Positions 36,005 to 46,210 of a stretch of 64,000 bases of DNA are shown here, piece by piece. A program made the position numbers and the translations under genes. The notes beneath the pieces were generated by a model. The model was not told the origin of the DNA and made no database searches. It worked only from the letters and a program-made list of their open reading frames with translations. Origin of the DNA: Spirochaetia bacterium. GTDB taxonomy: Bacteria > Spirochaetota > Spirochaetia > CAKZLE01. The DNA lies in assembly GCA_963677595.1 (NCBI GenBank), contig OY782041.1, positions 1,664,001-1,728,000 of the forward strand, read 5' to 3'. Numbering within the stretch: the first letter of the stretch is position 1; every line of letters begins with the position of its first letter.

Positions 36005-37285
36005 ATGAAAAAAATCATTGCTGTTTTTATCGTAACGATACTAACTGCGGCAATCTGTTTTGCCGGAGGACAACAGGAAAAAGCAAGTAAACCAGAAGTG
36101 GTGACCTTGAGTGTATCCCATCCATGGTTCGGGGGTGATGCCCATGCACCATTCATGGACTGGGCTTTACAGGATTTTCAGGAAAAATACCCGAACATCA
36201 AGCTGGACATCAACCAAATCCCCCAACAGGAGATTCGCCAGAAAACACGGGCAGATTTCATGGCAGGGGTCGCGTCTGACATCATTCTCTGGTATGGAGG
36301 TGCCGAAGCCTATGATTTCGTCGCGGAGGACCTGCTGTATGATTTGTCATACTTGCTCCAGCCCATGAATGACGGCTTCATCAACGGGTCACTGGAGAAC
36401 GTCACCTTTGGCGGGGAAACCTATGGACTCCCGCTCTGCCAGAATTTCTTCGCATTCTACCTGAATACCGACATCTACGAAGCGTACGGATTCGATTATC
36501 CCAAGACGTATGACCAGCTGCTCGAACAGGTGAAAGCCTTCAAGAAAGACGGGCTGATCCCGATCATGGTTCCCGGAAAGAACCATGGTCTTATCCAGCA
36601 CTTCTATTCCTTCGTCGCGAACATGACGACCAGCAAGGACGACTTCAACGATGCCGCACATAAAGATGGAATCGATTACCTGGATGACGGCTTCGTCAAG
36701 GCTGCCGAAATCATCAAGGAACTCCATGATAATGGGGCATTTGACCCGAACATTGATGGAATCCCCATGGCAAGCGTGGAGGAGATGTTTGCTCGAGGCG
36801 AAGGGGCTATGTACTTTGCCGGTATCTGGCGGGTAGGTGCCTTGCCGAGGGAGATCCGGGACAAGATGCAGCCGATCCTCTTCCCGATCGTGGATGGGTA
36901 TTCCGACGATTCCATGATTGCCACCTCACAGACCGAGATGGCTTGGTTCGCTAACGCTTCCATAGCCAAGGATGACACGAAGAAAGCGGCGGTTGAGAGC
37001 TTTATGGAGTACTTTGCCGATCCCGCAATCAGCCAGATGCATGCCGAACTGACAGACACCATCGTACCGATCCAGAAAGGGGTGAACTTGGAAGCGGCAA
37101 GCCTCGCCGTGCTGGGATCGCAGGAACTGGTCGGGGCATCAGAGCTGCGACCGTTCATGCGCTATTTCCAGACCCCCGCACAGGGTTCCGCAACCAGCGA
37201 GATGACCTGGAACCTGATCAACGGCCGCGGCAGTGTCATGGAAAACATAGCCAAGCTGAATGAAATCCCGTCTAACACGAACTAG
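36005..37285 (+). CDS. Carbohydrate ABC transporter substrate-binding protein
   Basis: 'FAGGQQE' leader; SBP_bac_1 motifs 'YGLP', 'YLNTDIY', 'PKTYDQL'. Confidence 0.9.
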   Translation: MKKIIAVFIVTILTAAICFAGGQQEKASKPEVVTLSVSHPWFGGDAHAPFMDWALQDFQEKYPNIKLDINQIPQQEIRQKTRADFMAGVASDIILWYGGAEAYDFVAEDLLYDLSYLLQPMNDGFINGSLENVTFGGETYGLPLCQNFFAFYLNTDIYEAYGFDYPKTYDQLLEQVKAFKKDGLIPIMVPGKNHGLIQHFYSFVANMTTSKDDFNDAAHKDGIDYLDDGFVKAAEIIKELHDNGAFDPNIDGIPMASVEEMFARGEGAMYFAGIWRVGALPREIRDKMQPILFPIVDGYSDDSMIATSQTEMAWFANASIAKDDTKKAAVESFMEYFADPAISQMHAELTDTIVPIQKGVNLEAASLAVLGSQELVGASELRPFMRYFQTPAQGSATSEMTWNLINGRGSVMENIAKLNEIPSNTN

Positions 37286-37298
37286 TATATACTTACCA

Positions 37299-37330
37299 GC
37301 AGGAAGCAGGGCCTACGCCCTGCCTCCTGC
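37299..37330 (+). promoter_or_regulatory. Stem-loop after the SBP gene
   Basis: GCAGGAAGCAGGGC-ctac-GCCCTGCCTCCTGC. Confidence 0.6.
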
Positions 37331-37366
37331 CCATCTCTGATCTGTAAGGAAGGTTCTGACGTAACC

Positions 37367-38257
37367 ATGAGAAACATACTGCCTCAAAAGAGAAATAATA
37401 TTATCGCCTATCTGACGATGACCATCCCGGCTATGCTCGTCTACAGCCTGATGATCCTGGCTATGCTGCAGACATTCAGGCTTGGCCTCTTCCAATGGAA
37501 CGGTCTGGGAGACCAGCTGTTCGTCGGGTTCCACAACTACGTACGATTGGTCACCGATTTCCGCTTTTTCTATTCATTGCGGAATATCGTGATACTCATC
37601 TCCGTTACCGTCATCTTCCAGGTGGGGCTGGGAATACTCTTTGCCTTCCTTATGGTTGACTACACATTGAAGGGTTCTTCCCTCTTCAAGACCCTTATAT
37701 TCCTGCCGGTAATTATCCCGAATGTTGCGGTCGCGCTGTTCTTTGTCGAGGTCTTTGAATTCCAGTATGGGATCCTGAATTTTGTGAGAGGCCTTCTTGA
37801 CCTGGAAAAGATCAATGTGCTCTCGGGTGGAAACACCACTATCTGGTACGCCGTGTTCCCGCAGACCTGGCAGAATATAGGGCTGATGTTCATCATCGCC
37901 TATACCGGGTTCTCCTCCATGAACACTGACTTCATCGATGCAGCAAAACTCGAGGGACTCTCACTGTACCAGAGACTGGTAAAGCTCTATATCCCGGTTT
38001 CCTGGGACAGTATCAGCACCTGCTTCATCATAGCCTTAGTCGGTCCGCTGAAGGCCTTCGAGCACATTTGGATTATCACGAACGGCGGGGGCGGGGACCA
38101 GAAGACACACATCCCCTCAACGCTGATGTATAAACTGGGATTCAACAATTATGAATATGGGTATGGGTCTGCCATAGGGACCCTGATCTGTATTCTCGCC
38201 GTTGTTCTTGTGCTGGTCTTCCGCCGGCTCACGAAAGCCAAAGAAGGAAATGTATAG
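37367..38257 (+). CDS. Carbohydrate ABC permease
   Basis: EAA loop 'DAAKLEG'; 'YGYGSAIG'. Confidence 0.9.
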   Translation: MRNILPQKRNNIIAYLTMTIPAMLVYSLMILAMLQTFRLGLFQWNGLGDQLFVGFHNYVRLVTDFRFFYSLRNIVILISVTVIFQVGLGILFAFLMVDYTLKGSSLFKTLIFLPVIIPNVAVALFFVEVFEFQYGILNFVRGLLDLEKINVLSGGNTTIWYAVFPQTWQNIGLMFIIAYTGFSSMNTDFIDAAKLEGLSLYQRLVKLYIPVSWDSISTCFIIALVGPLKAFEHIWIITNGGGGDQKTHIPSTLMYKLGFNNYEYGYGSAIGTLICILAVVLVLVFRRLTKAKEGNV

Positions 38258-38266
38258 GGTACTTGT

Positions 38267-39097
38267 ATGCAGAAGACGACACGACAACCCGGAGTATGGC
38301 TGGTATATATCCTTATCATCGCATTGATTATTGTCAACTTGTACCCGGTATTCAACCTGACCGTCAATTCCTTCCGGGAACACAGGATCATCATCGGGAA
38401 TCCCATACTGTTTAACGGGTTGACCACAAAGAACTATCCGACGGCCCAGATGCATGCCGACCTGATAAGGGGAATTCTGAATTCCATCCTGATCTCATGT
38501 TCGACCATCGTGATCCTGGTGTTCCTAGCGCTGCTGCTGTCCTATGCACAGACGATCATAGTCAACCGGGTAACCAAGGCAGTCTCATCACTCATCACCA
38601 TCGGGTATTTCATCCCACCGACCGCGATTGTGCTTAACTCTTACCTGATTATCCGGAACATAGGCCTTATCGGGACACGCATCGGACTGATTATCATGTA
38701 TGTCGCGATATACATACCAATATCATTCATGCTCCTTTCAGGGTTCATAAAGATGATACCTGCATCCATCAAGGAATCTGCCACCATCGACGGTGCGGGA
38801 CACTATCGGATCTGTTTCAGCATCATAGCACCGCTGAGCAGCAACATGATCGTCACCCTAGTGATCCTGCTGTTCCTGTGGACCTACCGGGAGTATCTCT
38901 GGCCGATTATCTTCTTGTCCAAACCCGCGCAGCGTCCTGTGGCAGTGGCATTGTCGATGTTTACCACAGACAGGCAGTTTGATTTCGGTGCTTTGAGTGC
39001 AGCTGTAGTCATCACCATCATACCGATCATGAGCCTGTTCATAGTTCTCAAAGAAAAGATCATGGCCGGTGTAGCCGCCGGGGCCATCAAAGGATAA
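38267..39097 (+). CDS. Carbohydrate ABC permease
   Basis: EAA loop 'ESATIDGA'; C-terminal 'AGAIKG'. Confidence 0.9.
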   Translation: MQKTTRQPGVWLVYILIIALIIVNLYPVFNLTVNSFREHRIIIGNPILFNGLTTKNYPTAQMHADLIRGILNSILISCSTIVILVFLALLLSYAQTIIVNRVTKAVSSLITIGYFIPPTAIVLNSYLIIRNIGLIGTRIGLIIMYVAIYIPISFMLLSGFIKMIPASIKESATIDGAGHYRICFSIIAPLSSNMIVTLVILLFLWTYREYLWPIIFLSKPAQRPVAVALSMFTTDRQFDFGALSAAVVITIIPIMSLFIVLKEKIMAGVAAGAIKG

Positions 39098-39105
39098 ATA
39101 TCATA

Positions 39106-39882
39106 ATGGAAACAACCCTACTTGCAGAAAAGATCAGGGAGAGCATCTACCTGATGATACGGGAATCCGGCAAAGGCCATGCCGGTGCTAGTCTCTCTAT
39201 AGCAGATATCCTCGCCGTGCTCTACGGGAGCGTTATGAGGTATGACCCGGTAACCCCCGAATGGGATGAACGCGACCGGTTCGTACTCTCCAAGGGTCAT
39301 GCAGGCATGGCGGTGTATGCCGCCCTTGCTCATTCGGGCTTCTTCCCGGTGGAGGAACTCGACCATTTTGCCGAAATGGGCAGCCCCCTGATGAACCACC
39401 CTGATGCAAAGCGTATCAGGGGTGTAGAATTCAGCACCGGATCTCTTGGCCACGGCCTGTCCATCGCGACTGGGAAGGCATACGCCGCGAAGATGCAGCA
39501 TGCATCCTGGCGGGTGTACAGCATCGTTGGAGATGCCGAATGCCATGAGGGCCAGATCTGGGAGGCGGCAATGTTCGCTGCACACAACAGATTGGGGAAC
39601 CTGACCTGTTTCGTGGACAACAACGGCCTGGGAAACGACGATTACCTCTCAAACACTGTAATGGTTGAACCCCTGGCGGAAAAGTGGGAAAGCTTCGGCT
39701 GGGCATGCAGGACCGTGAACGGGCATGACCATGAGGATCTGAAACAAGCCTGTGAGGAGCTGGCAGCGGTCAGTGACCGTCCCGGCTGCATCATCGCGAA
39801 TACCGTGAAAGGGAAAGGACTTGCCGTTCAGGGGACACCCCAATCGCACTACATCACGCCGAAGGAGCTTGAATATGTCTAG
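39106..39882 (+). CDS. Transketolase, N-terminal subunit (second paralog)
   Basis: 'GHAGASLS', 'DRFVLSKGH', 'GDAECHEGQIWEA'. Confidence 0.92.
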   Translation: METTLLAEKIRESIYLMIRESGKGHAGASLSIADILAVLYGSVMRYDPVTPEWDERDRFVLSKGHAGMAVYAALAHSGFFPVEELDHFAEMGSPLMNHPDAKRIRGVEFSTGSLGHGLSIATGKAYAAKMQHASWRVYSIVGDAECHEGQIWEAAMFAAHNRLGNLTCFVDNNGLGNDDYLSNTVMVEPLAEKWESFGWACRTVNGHDHEDLKQACEELAAVSDRPGCIIANTVKGKGLAVQGTPQSHYITPKELEYV

Positions 39883-40876
39883 AACGGACGCAATACAGCT
39901 GGTTGCCGTCGACCAAAAGGACTCTCAGTTGACAGCCTGTGCGAGGCAGCTGGTGGAGCTGATGCATCATGATGAGAAGATACTGGTGCTTGCAGCTGAG
40001 CTGGCCACCTCCTGCAAGCTGCAGCCTGTGGCCGAGGCCTATCCCGAACGGCTGATCAATGTCGGGATTGCCGAGCAGAACCTGGTCTCCCTGGCCGCCG
40101 GCCTGGCCTCGGAAGGTTACCGGCCTTATATCTACTCATTCGCGACATTCCTGAGCATGCGTGCCTGCGAGCAGCTCCGCACCGATGTCTTCTACAACCA
40201 GCAGAACATCAAGATCATGGGGACCCACTCTGGCTTCAGTACCGGACCAGCAGGACCTACCCATTATTCCCTTGAGGATGTCGGTATCATCCGGTCGATG
40301 CCAGAGAGTCGTGTGATTGTCCCCTCTGATACGAGGAGCGCAGCCAAGACCCTCGTGGAGGTCCATGAACACGAATGGCCGGTGTATATTCGACTGGATC
40401 GGAACCCGCCGGCTGATGTGTATGATTCAGAACTCGCAGTTTCCCGATTCAATCCTCTCGGTGTAAATATCCTGAGAGAGGGAACGGACGCTTTTATATT
40501 CTGCTCTGGTACCGTAGTCCATGATGCTCTGACGGCGGCAGAACAGCTAGCCGAGTCCGGCCTTGATGTAGGGGTGATAGACCTCCCGACCGTTAAACCG
40601 CTTGATACTGAAGGGGTGGAGAGAGTCCTGCGTACCGTGAAGTACTGTATGAGTGTTGAGATCCATAATCTCTACGGGGGTATCGGGAGCACGCTCTCGG
40701 AAGTGATCGCCACCAGGGGAATTGACTGCAGGCTGACTATGATCGGTATTGATGATTCCTATCCGAAAGGTGGGCCGGTCGATGAGATAAAAAAAGCATT
40801 GATGTTGGATGAAACTGGGCTGAAACAGCGCGTCAGTGAAGGCATCCGCAAGGGAGAGTATAGGAATGAAGCTTAA
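39875..40876 (+). CDS. Transketolase, C-terminal subunit (second paralog)
   Basis: 'GIAEQN', 'RACEQLR', 'GPTH', 'VKPLD'; RBS AAGGAG before ATG 39875. Confidence 0.92.
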   Translation: MSRTDAIQLVAVDQKDSQLTACARQLVELMHHDEKILVLAAELATSCKLQPVAEAYPERLINVGIAEQNLVSLAAGLASEGYRPYIYSFATFLSMRACEQLRTDVFYNQQNIKIMGTHSGFSTGPAGPTHYSLEDVGIIRSMPESRVIVPSDTRSAAKTLVEVHEHEWPVYIRLDRNPPADVYDSELAVSRFNPLGVNILREGTDAFIFCSGTVVHDALTAAEQLAESGLDVGVIDLPTVKPLDTEGVERVLRTVKYCMSVEIHNLYGGIGSTLSEVIATRGIDCRLTMIGIDDSYPKGGPVDEIKKALMLDETGLKQRVSEGIRKGEYRNEA

Positions 40877-41834
40877 GATCGCAACCATGATGTTCACCTG
40901 GAACGGAGTCGGGGACAGGTTTTTGAAACAGTATTTTAAACCGAAGAAAGCCCAAGATGTCTTTTCAGAAATTTCCGGCTCCGTCATTGGAGGTGTGGAA
41001 CTGCAGTATGGTAACCATGTGAATAATGAGAACCTTCCAGTCATCAAGCAGGAACTTGCCAGGCACAATCTGCAGCCCGTTATCGTCAACACTCCTCTGG
41101 CCGGGAATATTGCCTTCAGGAAAGGCTCGATCACAAGCGATGACCCAGCTGTACGCCGTGAGGCTATTGACTTTATCAAGGGTGCCATGGATGCCAGCAG
41201 GGTACTTGGTTCAAACAAGATCAGCTGCTTCTTCGGGCAGGATGGGTTTGACTACCCGCTTACGACTGATTATGCGAAGATACGAACATACTTTAGGGAA
41301 GCCTTCGTGGAGGTGTGCAACTATGCCCCGGATGTCAAGATCGCGATAGAATACAAGCCGAAAGAACCAAGGTGCAGGCAGTTCCTTGATTCCGCATCCA
41401 AGGTGCTGCTCATGGCGAGTGAGCTTGACCTCCCCAATATGGGACTGCTCCTCGATGTCGGGCATGCCTGGATGGCTGGGGAGAATGTGGGTGAGATCAT
41501 CGAGTTGGCTGCCAGCCAAAACAGGCTCTTCCACATCCACCTGAATGATAACTTCAGGGTGGCTGATGATGACCTGGGTGTGGGGGGTATACACCTGGCC
41601 GAATATATTGAACTGCTCTACTGGCTGGAGAGGGTGTCCTACGATGGTTACGTCTCAATGGACGTCCACAGTCCCCGTGAAATATCGAGGGAGATCATCC
41701 AGGAATCAGCCGAATTCATCAAGCTCCTCTCTGAAAAGATGACCGGACAGACATTGGAAGCCATAGAGGAGCTGCTGGAAACCCGTGACGGGTCAAGATT
41801 GATCCGGTTCATCAGGACTAGCATGTTGTCCTGA
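40866..41834 (+). CDS. Xylose-isomerase-like TIM-barrel sugar isomerase
   Basis: 'GQDGFDYP', 'EYKPKEPR', 'DVGHA', 'HIHLNDN..DDD'. Confidence 0.85.
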   Translation: MKLKIATMMFTWNGVGDRFLKQYFKPKKAQDVFSEISGSVIGGVELQYGNHVNNENLPVIKQELARHNLQPVIVNTPLAGNIAFRKGSITSDDPAVRREAIDFIKGAMDASRVLGSNKISCFFGQDGFDYPLTTDYAKIRTYFREAFVEVCNYAPDVKIAIEYKPKEPRCRQFLDSASKVLLMASELDLPNMGLLLDVGHAWMAGENVGEIIELAASQNRLFHIHLNDNFRVADDDLGVGGIHLAEYIELLYWLERVSYDGYVSMDVHSPREISREIIQESAEFIKLLSEKMTGQTLEAIEELLETRDGSRLIRFIRTSMLS

Positions 41835-41866
41835 GCTTGGACAAGTGAAAACGACAGGAGTGAACC

Positions 41867-43312
41867 ATGAAGATAGATTTTGAGTATGGGCCCGGGATGA
41901 TGAGCGCTGAGCTCCCCGATGACAGGACAGATATATTCATTCCCGGTGAGACTGTGGCTGATCCGCCAAAACTTACCGACCCGGTTTCCGCTACCCGGGA
42001 AGCAATCCTGAACCCCTTGGGCCTAGTCCCGTTACATGAGCAGGCCAAACCGGGGGATAAGGTGGTGATCGTGTTTCCCGACAGGGTTAAGGGGGGCTCG
42101 CATCCTACCGCTCACCGAAGGATCAGCATTCCTATCGTGCTTGAAGAACTCTATAAGGCAGGTGTTGACAAGAAAGATATCGTCTTTATCTGCTCGAATG
42201 GACTCCACCGGAAGAACAAGCCGCATGAGATCCGTCAGATAATCGGCCCCGATATCTATGATGAGTTCATAACCCTGAACAATATCATGAACCATGATTC
42301 AGAGGACTGGGACAACCTGGTTGACCTCGGCTATGACGATGACAACAACCATGTGATTATGAACAAACTTGTATATGATTCCGATATAGCGGTCCTGCTC
42401 GGTCATGCCCTCGGAAACCCCTATGGAGGCTATTCAGGCGGCTATAAACATTGCTCTACCGGTATCGTGCATTGGAAGACCATCGCTACCAACCACAACC
42501 CGAAAGTCATGCATGCCCCTGACTTTACTCCGGTCACTTCACACAGCACCATGCGTAATAAGTTCAACCATATCGGCCAGCATATGGAACTTAAAATGGG
42601 GAAGAATTTCTTCACCATCGATGCGGCATTGGACAGTGTCGGGGACCAGATCGGTGTCTGGGCAGGTGACACGAACCTCGTCATGGCTGAGTCATGGAAA
42701 GTTGCCAACAAGCGGACCTATGTGCCCTGGGCTGAAAAGAAGTATGACATCATGGTCTTCGGCATGCCCCAGTTCTTCCATTACGGCGACGGCCATGGTA
42801 CCAACCCGATCCTTATCCTTCAGGCAATCAGTGCTCAGGTTATCAGGCATAAGCGGATCCTGAAGGATAATGCCGTGATCATAGCCAGCTCCCTCTGCAA
42901 CGGCTATTTTCATGATGAGGAATTCGGCGGTTCCTATCGTGCTCTCTATGATGCATTTCAGCGGGAGGGGAACTGCAGGCTTCCTGATGTGGAACGGTAC
43001 GACGGTTGGCATTGCTCGAATCCCGAGTACATCAGGGAGTACCGATATAACTATGCATTCCACCCTTACCATGCCTTCTCCATGGTGAGTTGTGGCCATA
43101 TCGCGCATAAGCACTGCTCACAGATCTACCTGGTGGGAGCCCAAGCCCCGGGCTACGCCCGCGGCATGGAGATGAAACCGATAGCCACGTTTGCAGAAGC
43201 ATTGAAGGATGCAGAGAAGTATGTGGGAGCAGAACCCAATATCCTGGCTCTCCCTAAGACCTTTAAGACTGCAGGGGTGCACCTGATGATGAAAGGTGAG
43301 AGCTATCCATAG
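41867..43312 (+). CDS. LarA-superfamily (nickel-pincer) 2-hydroxyacid racemase/epimerase
   Basis: 'PLG..PL', 'VIVFPD', 'NGLHRK', 'HDSED', 'GGYSGGYK'. Confidence 0.8.
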   Translation: MKIDFEYGPGMMSAELPDDRTDIFIPGETVADPPKLTDPVSATREAILNPLGLVPLHEQAKPGDKVVIVFPDRVKGGSHPTAHRRISIPIVLEELYKAGVDKKDIVFICSNGLHRKNKPHEIRQIIGPDIYDEFITLNNIMNHDSEDWDNLVDLGYDDDNNHVIMNKLVYDSDIAVLLGHALGNPYGGYSGGYKHCSTGIVHWKTIATNHNPKVMHAPDFTPVTSHSTMRNKFNHIGQHMELKMGKNFFTIDAALDSVGDQIGVWAGDTNLVMAESWKVANKRTYVPWAEKKYDIMVFGMPQFFHYGDGHGTNPILILQAISAQVIRHKRILKDNAVIIASSLCNGYFHDEEFGGSYRALYDAFQREGNCRLPDVERYDGWHCSNPEYIREYRYNYAFHPYHAFSMVSCGHIAHKHCSQIYLVGAQAPGYARGMEMKPIATFAEALKDAEKYVGAEPNILALPKTFKTAGVHLMMKGESYP

Positions 43313-43332
43313 GTAAAAAAATAGTTTACCAG

Positions 43333-44553
43333 TTATTTCCCAAGCAGCTGCTTCAACGGATGTATGATAGCATCATTCTCGAACATGGTATCTAAGACCA
43401 GTGTTGCAGACCCTATGGCACTGGAGTATTCTCCCAGCTCGGAGAGAACGAATTTCGTAGGTGTCCCGAATCCCTGTTCATGGTATGACTGCAGGTGGTG
43501 CAGGATGATCTCCGGGATCTCCCTAACGACTCCGCCGTTCAGGAAGATGGTGCCGGGGTTGAGCATCTGGGATACGATACTCGTGATCTTCCCGATATTC
43601 TGGCACATCTGTGACACGAGTGTCCCCGCATACCGGTCGCCCGATTTGACTGCCTGGAAAATAGGGGTAGCATCAACCAGTTTGCGTGCAGGATCAGTGT
43701 CAGCCAGATTGATATCGGAGATCACTCCCTGCTGCAGGTCGATCTCAGCCTGTCTCCTGAGCGCCCAGCTGGCTGCATAGGTCTCAAGGCAGCCAAGTTT
43801 CCCACAGATGCAGATCTTGTTCTCATCTGCCACCTTTATATGTCCTATCTCGGTTGCGAAGCCGTTCTCACCCCAGAACACATTTCCGTTAAGGACGAAT
43901 CCGCCGCTTATACCAGCCCCGATATTCAATGCGAAGAATGTTCCCTGTTCCTGGCCTTCCCCGTACCGCAGTTCCGCGAGGGCAGAGGTCCTTGCACTGT
44001 CCTCCATGGAGATGAAACAGGTTGTCGGGATTGAGATGTATCGCGTGATCAATTGGGCTATGGAGGCATCATTCCAGGAAGTGTAGAACGGCATCTTGAT
44101 ACAGGTCATCGTCGAAGTATCAAGGAACCCGGAGATAGCCAGTCCAAGACCGACTATCCTCTTCTTCTCGAGTGCATGCTCTGCGAACATCCTGTCCAGG
44201 ACCTTCCCGATGACTTCGAACGTATATTCCGGTCCCTTGCTGAGCGTCGAGGGGAAAATCTCTTTCGCCTTCAGCTTGCCGTTTATATCAAGGATGACGA
44301 TACGGATCGACCAGCCCCCGATATCAATACCCACGGTATAGATAAGATCATCCTTGATCGTGAGGGTGTTGGGTTTCCTCCCGACAGCTGATGTCTTGGA
44401 CTGTTTTGTTGACAGGACACCCATCTGGTTGAGCTCGGAGATGTAATTATTGACTGAAGACAGGGAGAGGGCTGTTTGGTTGATCAGCTCTTGTTTGGTG
44501 ATTTGGTTATTTCTGCGTATAGCATCGATCAGGTTTATAACGGTTCTGTTCAT
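43333..44553 (-). CDS. ROK-family transcriptional repressor
   Basis: N-terminal HTH; 'GIDIG', 'EIGH', 'CICGKLGCLE'. Confidence 0.92.
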   Translation of the reverse strand: MNRTVINLIDAIRRNNQITKQELINQTALSLSSVNNYISELNQMGVLSTKQSKTSAVGRKPNTLTIKDDLIYTVGIDIGGWSIRIVILDINGKLKAKEIFPSTLSKGPEYTFEVIGKVLDRMFAEHALEKKRIVGLGLAISGFLDTSTMTCIKMPFYTSWNDASIAQLITRYISIPTTCFISMEDSARTSALAELRYGEGQEQGTFFALNIGAGISGGFVLNGNVFWGENGFATEIGHIKVADENKICICGKLGCLETYAASWALRRQAEIDLQQGVISDINLADTDPARKLVDATPIFQAVKSGDRYAGTLVSQMCQNIGKITSIVSQMLNPGTIFLNGGVVREIPEIILHHLQSYHEQGFGTPTKFVLSELGEYSSAIGSATLVLDTMFENDAIIHPLKQLLGK

Positions 44554-44692
44554 ACTGCTATTTTATACAATTTTACACTAAATGACAAGCTAAATATTTC
44601 ATCAATACAGCATATATATTAATAAATAGTATTAATACTGATATAATTTCCTAAATTAAGATTAGTTTCGATTATAAATAGAACAAAAACTG

Positions 44693-44721
44693 TTGACAGA
44701 TGGATATTTCCATCATAATAT
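44693..44721 (+). promoter_or_regulatory. Sigma70 promoter of the aminotransferase/ABC operon
   Basis: TTGACA-17 bp-TAATAT; spacer contains the dyad GATGGA-tatt-TCCATC. Confidence 0.55.
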
Positions 44722-44752
44722 AAGTTAAATTTAATAGTAAAGGAGTGTTTTT

Positions 44753-46108
44753 ATGGAGAACGAAAACATTGTTTACGATGATCGTATGGGTGGGACGATC
44801 AGCAAGAAGCAGATCGATACTATTCTCAATAATCATTATATGCATGCTGATGTCCAGAAGGGGCCGTTCCTCGTAGAGGGGAAGGGGGCAGAGATCACAG
44901 ATATCAATGGGAAGACCATGATCGACTGCCAGGCCCAGGCCTGGGCACTGAATGCCGGGCATGGGAATATGGAGATCCTTGATGCAGCATATACCCAGGG
45001 GAAGATGCTTGCCCATTGCAGGCCGATCCATGACACGTTCCCGAGGACACGACTTATTGAGAAGCTGGTAGAGATAGCCCCGGGCGACCTCAAGAAAGTA
45101 GGTCTCTCATTGAGCGGTTCATCCGCTTCGGAATCTGCCCTGAAGCTTGCCATGGTGAACAGGCCGGATGCAATGAACTTCATCACGCTCTACAATGCAT
45201 GGCATGGGAACTCCCTTGCAACGATAGCCGCATCGTTTTCCCCAACACAATCAAAGCATCATAATTTCGGCTTCGGCTTGAAGTTCAAGCCTTTCCTGAA
45301 TTCTTTCCTGCGTGTTCCCAATCCTTACTGTTATCGGTGCCCATTCGGTGAAAGTTATCCGAACTGTAAGTTGACCTGTGCGAAAGTACTGGAACTGACC
45401 ATCGAGAAAGGTGCAAGCGGCCCGGTTGCTGCAGTGTACCTGGAACCGCTCCAGGGTGTTGCCGGTCAGATCCCATGTCCACCTGAATACCTGAAAGAAG
45501 TCAGGCGGATCTGTGACAAATATGATGTCCTCCTGATGTTCGATGAAGTCCAGACAGGGTTCGGCAGGATGGGGACCATGTTCGCCGCAGATTATTACGG
45601 GGTGTATCCAGACGTCATTTCCATGGCAAAAGGTATGGGGAACGGATGGCCTGTAGGCGGGATTCTTGCGAGCACGAAGCTGAAAAGCTTTGACTCCGAT
45701 GGAGAGGACGCATACACCTGCATGAACAATGCAATGATCCATGCAGCAGTATACACAAGCATCAAGTATATCCAGGAAAACGACCTGTGCGGCAATGCCA
45801 GGGTCATGGGTGATTATATGTCCCAACGGTTGAAGAGCCTGCAGGGGAAATACCCCCAGATCGGGGACGTGCGGGGGCCGGGGCTCCATATCGGGGTTGA
45901 GTTTGTCACTGACCCCGAGACGAAGGAACCTGGCGATGAGATCACGATGTCTGTTTACAGGAAGGCCATAGAGAAGGGCGTCTTTTTCGGGTTGGCCGGT
46001 GCGATCGGGAATGTACTGAAGATCAAGCCGCCGCTGAACATCACTAAGGATCAGGCTGACTTGATACTCAATGTCTTTGAAGACTGTGTCAGAGAATCAG
46101 TAAAGTAG
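44753..46108 (+). CDS. Class III PLP aminotransferase
   Basis: 'SGSSASE', 'WHG', 'FDEVQTGFGRMG', 'MAKGMGNG', 'DVRGPG'. Confidence 0.92.
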   Translation: MENENIVYDDRMGGTISKKQIDTILNNHYMHADVQKGPFLVEGKGAEITDINGKTMIDCQAQAWALNAGHGNMEILDAAYTQGKMLAHCRPIHDTFPRTRLIEKLVEIAPGDLKKVGLSLSGSSASESALKLAMVNRPDAMNFITLYNAWHGNSLATIAASFSPTQSKHHNFGFGLKFKPFLNSFLRVPNPYCYRCPFGESYPNCKLTCAKVLELTIEKGASGPVAAVYLEPLQGVAGQIPCPPEYLKEVRRICDKYDVLLMFDEVQTGFGRMGTMFAADYYGVYPDVISMAKGMGNGWPVGGILASTKLKSFDSDGEDAYTCMNNAMIHAAVYTSIKYIQENDLCGNARVMGDYMSQRLKSLQGKYPQIGDVRGPGLHIGVEFVTDPETKEPGDEITMSVYRKAIEKGVFFGLAGAIGNVLKIKPPLNITKDQADLILNVFEDCVRESVK

Positions 46109-46130
46109 ACGGTCTTTTCTCAGGAAACTG

Positions 46131-46156
46131 CAGGTGATTCTGGTTTGAATCACCTG
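46131..46156 (+). promoter_or_regulatory. Intergenic stem-loop
   Basis: CAGGTGATTC-tggttt-GAATCACCTG. Confidence 0.55.
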
Positions 46157-46210
46157 TAAGGAATATTATAATAACAATCAGGTACTTTGGCCTGAACAGG
46201 GAGGTTTGTT

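Noticed and set aside
36005-43312. Calling this operon the apiose or sulfoquinovose pathway
   Set aside because: No apulose kinase, sulfoquinovosidase or sulfoacetaldehyde reductase is present; only the architecture is similar
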